This document shows, piece by piece, positions 29,547-38,049 of a DNA stretch of 64,000 nucleotides. Below the pieces are notes generated by a model. The model ran no database searches and was not told where the DNA came from. It was given only the letters and a program-made list of their open reading frames with translations. Where the stretch lies: the IMG/VR virus record IMGVR_UViG_3300010158_000027, positions 217,270-281,269 of that record; one strand, given 5' to 3'. The translations under genes were made by a program, and so were the position numbers. Position 1 is the first letter of the stretch, and the number at the start of each line of letters is the position of its first letter.

Positions 29547-29867
29547 ATGGAACCAATAGTTAATAAATTAAATTTTGATTTACCAGAAACACCAGACTTT
29601 AATCTGGACAATATTGTAAACGAATTCATTCAGGAGCAACTAAAAAGGGAAGATGAAATTTTTACATCAGCTTTAAGAAAAATGGCTGAACCACCAATAA
29701 AGGGTGAGATTACAAAAGGTAAGGTAAAGTGGAGAGGAATACGGATTGTTCAACATAATGATGGATTTAAATATACAAAATGGTTAGAGCAAAGAGGTAA
29801 ACAGATTAGTCCAAAAATTATATTTGACGGTATTATTAATAATGATTTAAATTATGAAAGCGAGTGA
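29547..29867 (+). CDS. hypothetical protein
   Basis: 106-aa ORF. Confidence 0.65.
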   Translation: MEPIVNKLNFDLPETPDFNLDNIVNEFIQEQLKREDEIFTSALRKMAEPPIKGEITKGKVKWRGIRIVQHNDGFKYTKWLEQRGKQISPKIIFDGIINNDLNYESE

Positions 29868-30330
29868 TTTAAGGATTGGGAATTGGGTAAAAATAAAAGA
29901 AGAGTTTTCAGAAAGAGACATTCCTTTAGAAACATTAGAATTTCAAATTGAAGGGTTTAATGATGGAAGTAACAGATACGAAGAAGGAGCAAAACAAATT
30001 TTATTTTGGAGTATAAAAAATAAAGTTTTTGGGACTACAACTAGTGGGTCTTATGATATAGAATGTGAACCTATTTTATTAACAGAAGAGTGGTTGTTGA
30101 AGTTTGGTTTTAAAAAAGAAAACAATACCACATATTCAATAAGTGACAAATTAAGTTCTAGTGAAGTGGGAAAATGGTATTTTTTTAAAAATGAAAACAA
30201 TTCGTTTACACCACATATAAAAAGAGAAAATAAGTTTAGCTGGATTGGAAAAGAAATTAAATACGTACACCAACTACAAAACCTATACTTTGCTCTTACT
30301 GGAGAAGAACTTTTATTAAAAGAAATATGA
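29854..30330 (+). CDS. conserved Bacteroidota-phage hypothetical protein
   Basis: DLRIGNWV...EPILLTEEWLLKFGF...YVHQLQNLYFALTGEEL. Confidence 0.8.
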   Translation: MKASDLRIGNWVKIKEEFSERDIPLETLEFQIEGFNDGSNRYEEGAKQILFWSIKNKVFGTTTSGSYDIECEPILLTEEWLLKFGFKKENNTTYSISDKLSSSEVGKWYFFKNENNSFTPHIKRENKFSWIGKEIKYVHQLQNLYFALTGEELLLKEI

Positions 30331-30493
30331 ATAAAGAAAGAATTAGGATGGACTGAACAAACGAGGACAGAAGGACATAGGCAATTTGTTTCTTTGGTTA
30401 AACCACAAATGTAGCCTTGTTGCTAACGGTTGAGGGTTTATTTAGTGGCGACTTTACGCACAAAACTTAATTAGAAATACAAAACTTGATAAT

Positions 30494-30787
30494 ATGAAAA
30501 CTGATAATTTGAAACACGAAACTAAGCCATTGAATAAACCCTTTGTTATGCGAAGTTTTTTTAAGAAACCAAGTAAGATTATAGAGGTGGAAATCCCAAA
30601 AGGTTTTTTCAATTGTGGCGTAAGTGTATGCAACCACTTTTTTGCAGATACAAATAATAGCGTAGATTGGAAAACGCTTAAATTTCCATTACCAAAACCA
30701 TTAGGTAAAAAATGGGAGATATTAAGATATGATATTGTGAATGAAGAAAAAACCATTGTAGAATTAGTTTCTCGTGGGTGGTTCTAA
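30494..30787 (+). CDS. cassette gene starting inside an attC loop
   Basis: ORF crosses GTT at 30545. Confidence 0.65.
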   Translation: MKTDNLKHETKPLNKPFVMRSFFKKPSKIIEVEIPKGFFNCGVSVCNHFFADTNNSVDWKTLKFPLPKPLGKKWEILRYDIVNEEKTIVELVSRGWF

Positions 30788-30854
30788 AATTTCGCATAAC
30801 GATACTCAGATATATGGAGTTTTTTCTTAAATTGAAATAATAAACTTAAATAAT

Positions 30855-31094
30855 ATGAATAAAGATAATAAGAACACAGAAGTTAATGACACAGATAAAA
30901 AATTACATATATCTGATGTTAGAAATAGTATTCAAGAACGGATTAAAGGACATAAAAACAACATCAGTAGTTGTTTAGAGTTAATACAGACTAAAGGTAG
31001 AGAAACTGATGTTGTTATTAACTTATCAGTTAGTATTAGGAACTCAGAAATTAGAATATCTGAACTGGAATTAGTTCTTGAATATTGTTTCTAA
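30855..31094 (+). CDS. cassette gene starting inside an attC loop, stop codon inside the next TAAC
   Basis: KLHISDV encoded by the attC arm; TAA at 31092-31094. Confidence 0.65.
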   Translation: MNKDNKNTEVNDTDKKLHISDVRNSIQERIKGHKNNISSCLELIQTKGRETDVVINLSVSIRNSEIRISELELVLEYCF

Positions 31095-31195
31095 CGTTTT
31101 GCAACTACGCTTAACGGCTATCGGAAGCGAACGTTTCAAGCCGTTGAGTGTAGATGCTGTTAGGTGCAGTATTTTTAACAAGTAAATTTAAAATT

Positions 31196-31417
31196 ATGAT
31201 AATTGATTACAATAAAATAATAGAAAAGCATTTAGGTGTTAATACTCCTCAATGGATAAAAGACAATGTATATAGTTGCATTAAAGAAATAGAAGAGCAA
31301 AATAAAAAAGAATGCAGTTATATCTCAGATGGAAGGTTTACATCAGGCAATTGTCTTTATTGCGGAAAATCCAAATACACTCACGGTTTATCGGTAGGTT
31401 CGTGCTATTGCAGCTAA
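31196..31417 (+). CDS. cassette gene, Cys-rich C-terminus, stop codon inside TAAC
   Basis: TAA 31415-31417 lies in AGCTAAC. Confidence 0.6.
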   Translation: MIIDYNKIIEKHLGVNTPQWIKDNVYSCIKEIEEQNKKECSYISDGRFTSGNCLYCGKSKYTHGLSVGSCYCS

Positions 31418-31566
31418 CGATTGGGTGTATGAGAAGGTTTGCTTAGATGAACTTTCAAATTACCACGAATACTCATAGCAAACTTTCTTATACACCTTGT
31501 TACAACCAGTACGGTTAATTTAAGATAAAACTTGACTAATTGGAAAATAAGTAGTATATTTGTATT

Positions 31567-31761
31567 ATGGAAGAAGAAAAACACATTATTGAAACTTTAG
31601 CTAATATTGGCGTAGAAAAAGAAACAACGCTTGAAATAATGCACGAACTCTTATTTAATTCAAGTAACTACGCTGATAATCAAGATGCGATTGACACTAT
31701 GTTACAAGAAAAATTGGGGATTGATTTATACATAACATTAACACAATATAAAAAAATATGA
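31567..31761 (+). CDS. cassette gene
   Basis: Follows cassette-borne TATATTTG promoter. Confidence 0.6.
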   Translation: MEEEKHIIETLANIGVEKETTLEIMHELLFNSSNYADNQDAIDTMLQEKLGIDLYITLTQYKKI

Positions 31762-32123
31762 AAAACAGATTTTACATAAAAAACTTTGAAGAAGCCGCTT
31801 CATTGAGGAAAAAAGAATTAGACGATGCTTTGGTTGAAAAATACGAAAAACTCTTATTTCTAGAGAATATCCCAACTGAAGATAAATTAGAATTATCTCA
31901 ATTGTATGAAGATTTTACTAAGTTTTTAATAAATGTTGATAATTGTGAAGAAAATTTTCAAACTCTCTTCATTCCGATAACTAAAAAACTATATACTGAG
32001 TTTAAAGAAACTGATTTTATTAAAATATTTGAAATGTATTCAGAGTGGTGTGTTAATTCTAAACTAGAGAATGACGATGAAATATTTAAAGGGTTTATGA
32101 CGTACTATAAATCGAAGCGATAA
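31758..32123 (+). CDS. cassette gene
   Basis: 121-aa ORF ending just before GTATTGGTTATAAC. Confidence 0.65.
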   Translation: MKNRFYIKNFEEAASLRKKELDDALVEKYEKLLFLENIPTEDKLELSQLYEDFTKFLINVDNCEENFQTLFIPITKKLYTEFKETDFIKIFEMYSEWCVNSKLENDDEIFKGFMTYYKSKR

Positions 32124-32290
32124 TGTAGTATTGGTTATAACTAGTGGCTATACGAACTTTAAATTGTATAAAAAATGAAAGTTATTGAAAAACAGTTAGA
32201 TAACCATACAATCAAAATTATGATTATTTCTCATAGATTTAATAACTTTCCTAATCTTGACTCAGAAGGATGTTTAATACTTAAAAGAAT

Positions 32291-32650
32291 ATGAAAAATA
32301 AAATGCTTATAGTGGACGATGAGGAGGATATCTTAATATTCTTATCATATCACTTTAATAAAAATGGTTTCGATGTTACAACAGCATTAGATGGAGCCAT
32401 AGGGTTATCTGAATTTGAAAAGAAAAAATTCGATATTGTTATAACGGATATACGTATGCCAAATATGGATGGTATAGAAATGTGTGGTGAGATAAAAAAA
32501 CAAGATGATACAACCCCAATCATATTTTTAACTGCGGTTACAGATGATTATAAAATATTGCACGCAATGCGAACAGGTGCGTCCCAGTTTGTTGATAAAC
32601 CAATCAAACTAGATGAACTAACAGATATCGTTAACGGTTTAATTAATTAA
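32291..32650 (+). CDS. stand-alone response regulator receiver (CheY-like)
   Basis: LIVDDE, ITDIRMPNMDG (phospho-Asp), FLTA, GA..FVDKP. Confidence 0.9.
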   Translation: MKNKMLIVDDEEDILIFLSYHFNKNGFDVTTALDGAIGLSEFEKKKFDIVITDIRMPNMDGIEMCGEIKKQDDTTPIIFLTAVTDDYKILHAMRTGASQFVDKPIKLDELTDIVNGLIN

Positions 32651-32651
32651 A

Positions 32652-32975
32652 ATGACAAAAGAGCAAATTTTAAAATACGGAGAAATACAATACCTAAAAG
32701 GTAGATTGGATGAACTAGATAAGGCGTTCCCAGAATTGATGGATGTGTATGGTAGCAGAAAACTTGATCAACGAATCGAGAAGTACATCCAAAAACTAAA
32801 AAACGTGGACGAGATTTCGTATTACCTATATGAGGTTGAATTAAAAACAACAAGAAAGTCTAAGGAACGAAGTAAAAGGGACATCAAGGATCTTTTGGAG
32901 CAAATCATAATTAATGAGAATATAGCTAATGAGGATATCCTTGAGAGAATTAAAAAACAAATCGATACTTACTAG
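32652..32975 (+). CDS. hypothetical protein
   Basis: 107-aa ORF. Confidence 0.65.
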   Translation: MTKEQILKYGEIQYLKGRLDELDKAFPELMDVYGSRKLDQRIEKYIQKLKNVDEISYYLYEVELKTTRKSKERSKRDIKDLLEQIIINENIANEDILERIKKQIDTY

Positions 32976-33029
32976 AAAAGTTAAAGAACTTATTGGTGAT
33001 AATTCAAAATAATTTAGTATATTTGTAAC

Positions 33030-33728
33030 ATGAAAACAATTAAGTTAACAATAATTTCTGATACGCATAATAAGCATAAACATCTAACAGGTGATTTACC
33101 TGGCGGATCATTATTGTTGCATTCTGGAGACATATCTTCTATGGGTTACGAACACGAGATTCGTGAGTTCGCAAAATGGTACGATGGTTTGAACTATGAT
33201 AACAAAATATTTATTGCGGGTAACCACGATTGGGGTTTCCAAAACAACGTTGAGAAAGTCAAAGGTATCTTAACAGGATACAAAACTATTGACTACATCC
33301 AAGATGAGTTAATGACTGTCCAAGACGGTGATGGTCCTGAGATTAAAATTTGGGGTTCTCCTTGGCAACCTGAGTTCTACAATTGGGCGTTTAACTTACC
33401 TAAAAACGGTGAAGAGTTGAAAGCAAAATGGGATATGATACCTGAAGGGATTGATATCTTAATTACTCACGGACCGGCTTGGGGAATATTGGATGATGTT
33501 GAAGGTAACCGCAATGTTCACTTGGGTTGTGAATTACTTGCGGAGCGAATCAAACAAATCAAACCTAAAATCCACATCTGTGGTCACATCCATAGTGGAC
33601 ACGGACACTACTTCGATGGACACACCCATTACTTCAATGCGTCTGTATTGAACGAGAGATATCTTTATTCTCATGAGCCATGGAATATTGATTGGAACCC
33701 AATTACTAATGAAATTAAATTTTTATAA
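33030..33728 (+). CDS. calcineurin-like metallophosphoesterase (MPPED-like)
   Basis: SDTH, HSGD, AGNHD, THGP, GHIH. Confidence 0.9.
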   Translation: MKTIKLTIISDTHNKHKHLTGDLPGGSLLLHSGDISSMGYEHEIREFAKWYDGLNYDNKIFIAGNHDWGFQNNVEKVKGILTGYKTIDYIQDELMTVQDGDGPEIKIWGSPWQPEFYNWAFNLPKNGEELKAKWDMIPEGIDILITHGPAWGILDDVEGNRNVHLGCELLAERIKQIKPKIHICGHIHSGHGHYFDGHTHYFNASVLNERYLYSHEPWNIDWNPITNEIKFL

Positions 33729-33755
33729 TGAGTAAGAATTTATAGATAGTGCTGT

Positions 33756-34889
33756 TTAGTCAGTACTATCTTTAAGTGTTTTAGATTGTAAAGGTGGATC
33801 AAGTAAAAACTTATCATTCAACCAATGTCTTAATTCGTTCTCAACAAAAAATTCAGGTACCGGTTCATCGTCTGGTTTTTCACTTGCAATTTCAGAGATG
33901 TATCTTGCGAACTTAACTTTATATCTATCGTTTAACATTGTCATTAAACCATCTGATATGAAAAATACTCTCGAGAATGGATCGGTTAATCCGAGTTCAC
34001 CCTCCGTTAAATTAAATGATTTTAAAACCACTTTACCCCACCACGTTTTGTAGTTATCAGTCTCCTCTAATGTGGGTCTTAATATTTTATTAACAGCTCT
34101 TATTGATGATGCCACAAACCCCGCAATTGCTAGTTGTGGTAAAAACCATGGCAGTAATCTAATGGTAGCTTTAAATCCACCCTCACCTACATGTTTTAAT
34201 AATCTTTTATTGGTTGATGACTCTACTAATGCTTTTAACTGACCAAAAGTGATTTCACCTTGAGCACTACAAAACTTTTCAGAATCACATATGTTTTTTA
34301 TTGCGACTTCCGAAGGATTGATATCCTCGTTAACTGATTTTTTAAATTTACCTTTAAGTTTGCCAAACACACTTTTAAGTGAATAGACGGTTGCTGACAG
34401 AGCGGCTCCCGATAATAGTTTTTCCACATTGTCTGAACTAATATTATTATTTTTAATAATATCATCGATAATTTTCATTGTTGGATTTAAAAGTAATGCG
34501 AACCCTAGAATATCTAGTAACGAATAGGTAACCCCTATTAAGTTTTTTGCCACAGCATTTAAAACATCTTTTACGTTCGTTACAAAATTAATAACACTTT
34601 TAAGTAATGGCATTAAACCTTTCTCTCTAACCTTTTCTAATAACGTAATTCCTTCACTATCTTTTATAATAAGGGCGAATGATGTTATAATTAAAAGGAT
34701 GATGTCTTTTTCATTCATTGAAACTCCAGATCCCGAAAGTAATCTTTCAACAGGACCGATGAATGCACCAATACCTGTTCCGAACGTGAATAAAATACCT
34801 GAATTAATTTTTAAATCATTCAATGTGTCCTTTAAGGTGCTTTCTATTAGTATCCCTTTATATTGTTCTTCTGTGATTACTATCTTCAT
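33756..34889 (-). CDS. two-domain hydrophobic protein with MKIVITEEQ leader
   Basis: 377-aa ORF; TATTTATA on minus strand upstream. Confidence 0.8.
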   Translation of the reverse strand: MKIVITEEQYKGILIESTLKDTLNDLKINSGILFTFGTGIGAFIGPVERLLSGSGVSMNEKDIILLIITSFALIIKDSEGITLLEKVREKGLMPLLKSVINFVTNVKDVLNAVAKNLIGVTYSLLDILGFALLLNPTMKIIDDIIKNNNISSDNVEKLLSGAALSATVYSLKSVFGKLKGKFKKSVNEDINPSEVAIKNICDSEKFCSAQGEITFGQLKALVESSTNKRLLKHVGEGGFKATIRLLPWFLPQLAIAGFVASSIRAVNKILRPTLEETDNYKTWWGKVVLKSFNLTEGELGLTDPFSRVFFISDGLMTMLNDRYKVKFARYISEIASEKPDDEPVPEFFVENELRHWLNDKFLLDPPLQSKTLKDSTD

Positions 34890-34951
34890 TAATTATAAAT
34901 ATCAATATAAATAGTTTGGTTTTGATAAATAAATCACATACATTTGTAATT

Positions 34952-35533
34952 ATGGATAAGAAACAAAATTTAGAGAATTTAATATTTGACATTTTTGATA
35001 AAGAAATTGATGGTGCTGACGTTTATCATAATAATGGTAGTGATTGGATAATTTTTACGGAGGAAAAAAAATGGGTTACTGAGTTTACCGAGACAAAAAC
35101 GTTATGGTATAACTACCAACACTTCAATGAGTTATTGGTGTATTTTGGTATGGATGTAAGTGAATCCACCGAGTATATTAAAAAGTGGTACGAAGAAAGA
35201 TTCATATTTAAACCGAAGGTTGAGAATACCATTCAAAATGGGGTGAAGCACACCAGCAAAGATATTAGTTTCAAACGATTTAGAGTTGATCATACCATTC
35301 AAAATGGGGTGAAGTACACCCATTTTAAAACATTTAAAGTTCCTAAATCTGTTGAAGATACCATTCAAAATGGGGTGAAGTCCACCTTCAAATCTTGGAA
35401 CAATAATATTACAAGCGTTGAAAATACCATTCAAAATGGGGTAAAAGATATCAGACGCACCCGACTAAATAATATTACAAGCGTTGAAAATACCATTCAA
35501 AATGGTGTGAAAGATACTATAAATATTATGTAG
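34952..35533 (+). CDS. protein whose C-terminal half is encoded by a CRISPR-like array
   Basis: N-domain (LWYNY...FGMD.SE..EYIKKWYEE) resembles the paralog-family domain; five V-x-x-TIQNGVK units. Confidence 0.75.
   Translation: MDKKQNLENLIFDIFDKEIDGADVYHNNGSDWIIFTEEKKWVTEFTETKTLWYNYQHFNELLVYFGMDVSESTEYIKKWYEERFIFKPKVENTIQNGVKHTSKDISFKRFRVDHTIQNGVKYTHFKTFKVPKSVEDTIQNGVKSTFKSWNNNITSVENTIQNGVKDIRRTRLNNITSVENTIQNGVKDTINIM
35219..35518 (-). CRISPR. CRISPR-like array: 5 x 36-nt repeats, 4 x 30-nt spacers, in frame within a CDS
   Basis: Repeats at 35219, 35285, 35351, 35417, 35483 (GTTGAGAATACCATTCAAAATGGGGTGAAGCACACC and variants), exact 66-nt period, internal CCATT-CAA-AATGG hairpin; strand inferred from likeness to VI-B repeats. 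Confidence 0.75.
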
Positions 35534-35538
35534 CGAAT

Positions 35539-35928
35539 ATGGAAAAGACACTAACGATATGCCGTGGAATTCCCGGAGCAGGAAAATCGACATTCGCCAA
35601 AACATTGGGTGGACAACACTACGAAGCTGATCAATATTTTATTGATGAAAAAGGTAACTACCAATTCGACATTACCAAAATTAAAGATGCCCACAAGTGG
35701 TGCCAAGGAATGGTTCAATCTGACATGGTATTGGAATGCCCGAAGATTGTCGTGTCAAACACCTTCACGCAAGAGTGGGAGATAAACCCTTATTTTGAAT
35801 TGGCAAAGGAGTATGGGTATAAAGTGTTTACTATCATTGTTGAGAATAGACATAATGGTAAAAACGCGCATGAAGTTCCAGAAGATAAAATACAAATGAT
35901 GAAAGATAGGTTCGAGGTTAACCTTTAA
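35539..35928 (+). CDS. P-loop kinase (AAA_33 / polynucleotide kinase-like)
   Basis: RGIPGAGKST, EADQYF, VSNTF. Confidence 0.85.
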   Translation: MEKTLTICRGIPGAGKSTFAKTLGGQHYEADQYFIDEKGNYQFDITKIKDAHKWCQGMVQSDMVLECPKIVVSNTFTQEWEINPYFELAKEYGYKVFTIIVENRHNGKNAHEVPEDKIQMMKDRFEVNL

Positions 35929-36511
35929 CTAAAAACTTTTTAAAATCAGTTGTTGATGGTTTTTTATTTTTAAAATAATATATTTCGGTTTTACCTTCAT
36001 ATGTGATTTTTTTATAATACGCATCTGGAACGGTAGCGCCTGAGGTCAAAACTTTAGACGTCTTACTGAACTCACATATTATCTCAACTAAAACTATTTT
36101 ATATTTTAAAGCCAGACTTCGTTCATACTCCTCCAATAATCTCCAAGTGGTTCGATTAAGATCTTGATGTTGTAGTGAACAATTTAAATAGGTAAACGTT
36201 TTTTTCAATATATCTATAGTACAATTAAAATCAGCAGCAGGAGCCATGTGACCCTTGTCCCAGATATTATCATCGTAGTCTTTATTGTCTGAAGTAATGA
36301 TTGAATCACAAATATAAAAATCGAGACCCTTTCTCGATGCTGTACCTGATGGACATTGAACGGAATACTTTACAGATATTGGTTGTTGTAATTTTTCCGA
36401 ATAGATAATTTTAAATATGTCACTTTTAATGACAACACTATCTCTTAAAACTTTTTGAGATAATAATAAAAGGGGAAAAATAAAAAATAAGGATAATAAA
36501 AACTTTTTCAT
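35918..36511 (-). CDS. secreted DNA/RNA non-specific endonuclease (NucA-like)
   Basis: Signal peptide MKKFLLSLFF...; DKGHMAPAAD...TFTYLN...Q...LN...W..LE. Confidence 0.85.
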   Translation of the reverse strand: MKKFLLSLFFIFPLLLLSQKVLRDSVVIKSDIFKIIYSEKLQQPISVKYSVQCPSGTASRKGLDFYICDSIITSDNKDYDDNIWDKGHMAPAADFNCTIDILKKTFTYLNCSLQHQDLNRTTWRLLEEYERSLALKYKIVLVEIICEFSKTSKVLTSGATVPDAYYKKITYEGKTEIYYFKNKKPSTTDFKKFLVKG

Positions 36512-36538
36512 TCTAATAAATATAACTACATTTGTATT

Positions 36539-37192
36539 ATGAGTTTTAAAAAAATACAAACAACAGGTAGGGTCTGGTTTACTTCAGATACCCATTTTTC
36601 GCACAAAAATATTTGTCGTGGGGTAACGGATTGGCGAACCAAAGATGGTGAAGTACCAATCGATGCGACTAGAGATTTTTTGACGGTTGAAAAAATGAAT
36701 GCAAGATTGGTGGATAACATTAACCATTTTGTTAATCAAAACGATACTCTAATTATGTTGGGTGACGTTTCATTTGGGGGGTTTGAAAACATTGAGATAT
36801 TTTTGGATAGACTAATATGTAAAAATATTCACCTAATACTGGGAAATCATGATCACCACATTGAAAACAATAGAGAGAATATACGAAGTAAATTTTTGAG
36901 TGTGTCTCACTATTTGGAGGTGAGTATAAACGACCGTAAATTTGTTTTGTGTCACTACCCACTCCAAAGTTGGCATGGGATGTCCAAAGGGGTTATCCAC
37001 CTTCATGGGCACATTCATTCAGGATGTAAAAATAAATTTGGTAATGGTAAAAAAATGGATGTCGGTGTAGATGGAAACGGGTTGGATCCGTATAGTATTG
37101 ATGAGATAATTAAAATTATGTCTAAACGTTCGATCGGTTCCGAGATATCAGATGATCACCATTTAGATGGGATGGTTGGGGTTGTGGGATAA
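36539..37192 (+). CDS. calcineurin-like metallophosphoesterase
   Basis: SDTHF.H, LGD, GNHD, CHYP, HGHIH, DVGVD. Confidence 0.9.
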   Translation: MSFKKIQTTGRVWFTSDTHFSHKNICRGVTDWRTKDGEVPIDATRDFLTVEKMNARLVDNINHFVNQNDTLIMLGDVSFGGFENIEIFLDRLICKNIHLILGNHDHHIENNRENIRSKFLSVSHYLEVSINDRKFVLCHYPLQSWHGMSKGVIHLHGHIHSGCKNKFGNGKKMDVGVDGNGLDPYSIDEIIKIMSKRSIGSEISDDHHLDGMVGVVG

Positions 37193-37218
37193 ATCGCAAC
37201 TCCAATATATTTATAGGT

Positions 37219-38040
37219 ATGAAAATTATTATAACAGAATCACAATTCAAACTGATCAACGAAGCAATTTCTGACGATTCAGATTTTATAGATTACATTA
37301 AAGATGTAGAAGGAAAGGTTATCGATAAACCGACTGGGTTACACAAAGCATATACCGATAAAGTTGGGGTAGTAACGATTGGGTACGGACATTCAAAAAA
37401 CAGGGACTCGAAGGTTAAACTTGGTATGAAAATACCCGAAACGGAGGCGATTAAACTTTTAAAAAAGGATTTAAAATATGATGAATCTGTTGTTAGAGAC
37501 TATGTTACTAAAAATTTCCCAAAATATACGTTAGATGATGAACAAGTTAAAATGTTAATCGATTATAATTATAATGTTGGGTTAAGTAAGTTCCCTAATT
37601 TTGTGAAAGCTGTCGTTACCAAAGATTGGGACACAGCAAAAAAAGAATACAAAAGATATGCGGGAGGAACAGAATTAACAGATAGAAATCAAAAATTTTA
37701 TAATTTATTTTTAGCGAACAAACGAGGGAAAAAAACACAACCGAGTAGTGAGGAATTAAAATATTCAAGAATCGGTAAAACGCTATATCCGAGAAATACG
37801 TCAGATCATGATTATGCGAACGTTAGAACTGAACCAACAATTAATAATGGGTGGGTTGATAATATCATTGATACGATTAAATGGCCGAATCCTGTTGGTA
37901 AAGTGGTACGTGAATGGGTTGATGGGCAACACAATACTTGGTTTTATGTTGAATTACCTAAAGGTACCAGCTACTTCAATACTCATGGATGGGTTAGATT
38001 TGATGTTGTTGTTACTAATAAAAATGAAAAGTTCCTTTAA
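37219..38040 (+). CDS. GH24 lysozyme with MKIIITESQ leader and C-terminal SH3-like domain
   Basis: EG...AYTDKVGVVTIGYGH...YNVG; ANVRTEP...W...GWV. Confidence 0.8.
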   Translation: MKIIITESQFKLINEAISDDSDFIDYIKDVEGKVIDKPTGLHKAYTDKVGVVTIGYGHSKNRDSKVKLGMKIPETEAIKLLKKDLKYDESVVRDYVTKNFPKYTLDDEQVKMLIDYNYNVGLSKFPNFVKAVVTKDWDTAKKEYKRYAGGTELTDRNQKFYNLFLANKRGKKTQPSSEELKYSRIGKTLYPRNTSDHDYANVRTEPTINNGWVDNIIDTIKWPNPVGKVVREWVDGQHNTWFYVELPKGTSYFNTHGWVRFDVVVTNKNEKFL

Positions 38041-38049
38041 AAAATACGT

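Larger units (their letters stand above)
30421..32141 (+). mobile_element. integron-like gene-cassette array (attC-like sites, no integrase in window)
   Basis: Sites 30421-30551, 30794-30924, 31089-31165, 31412-31505 and half-site ending 32141; each is TAAC...imperfect palindrome...GTTA; each cassette start is complementary to its own end. Confidence 0.7.
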
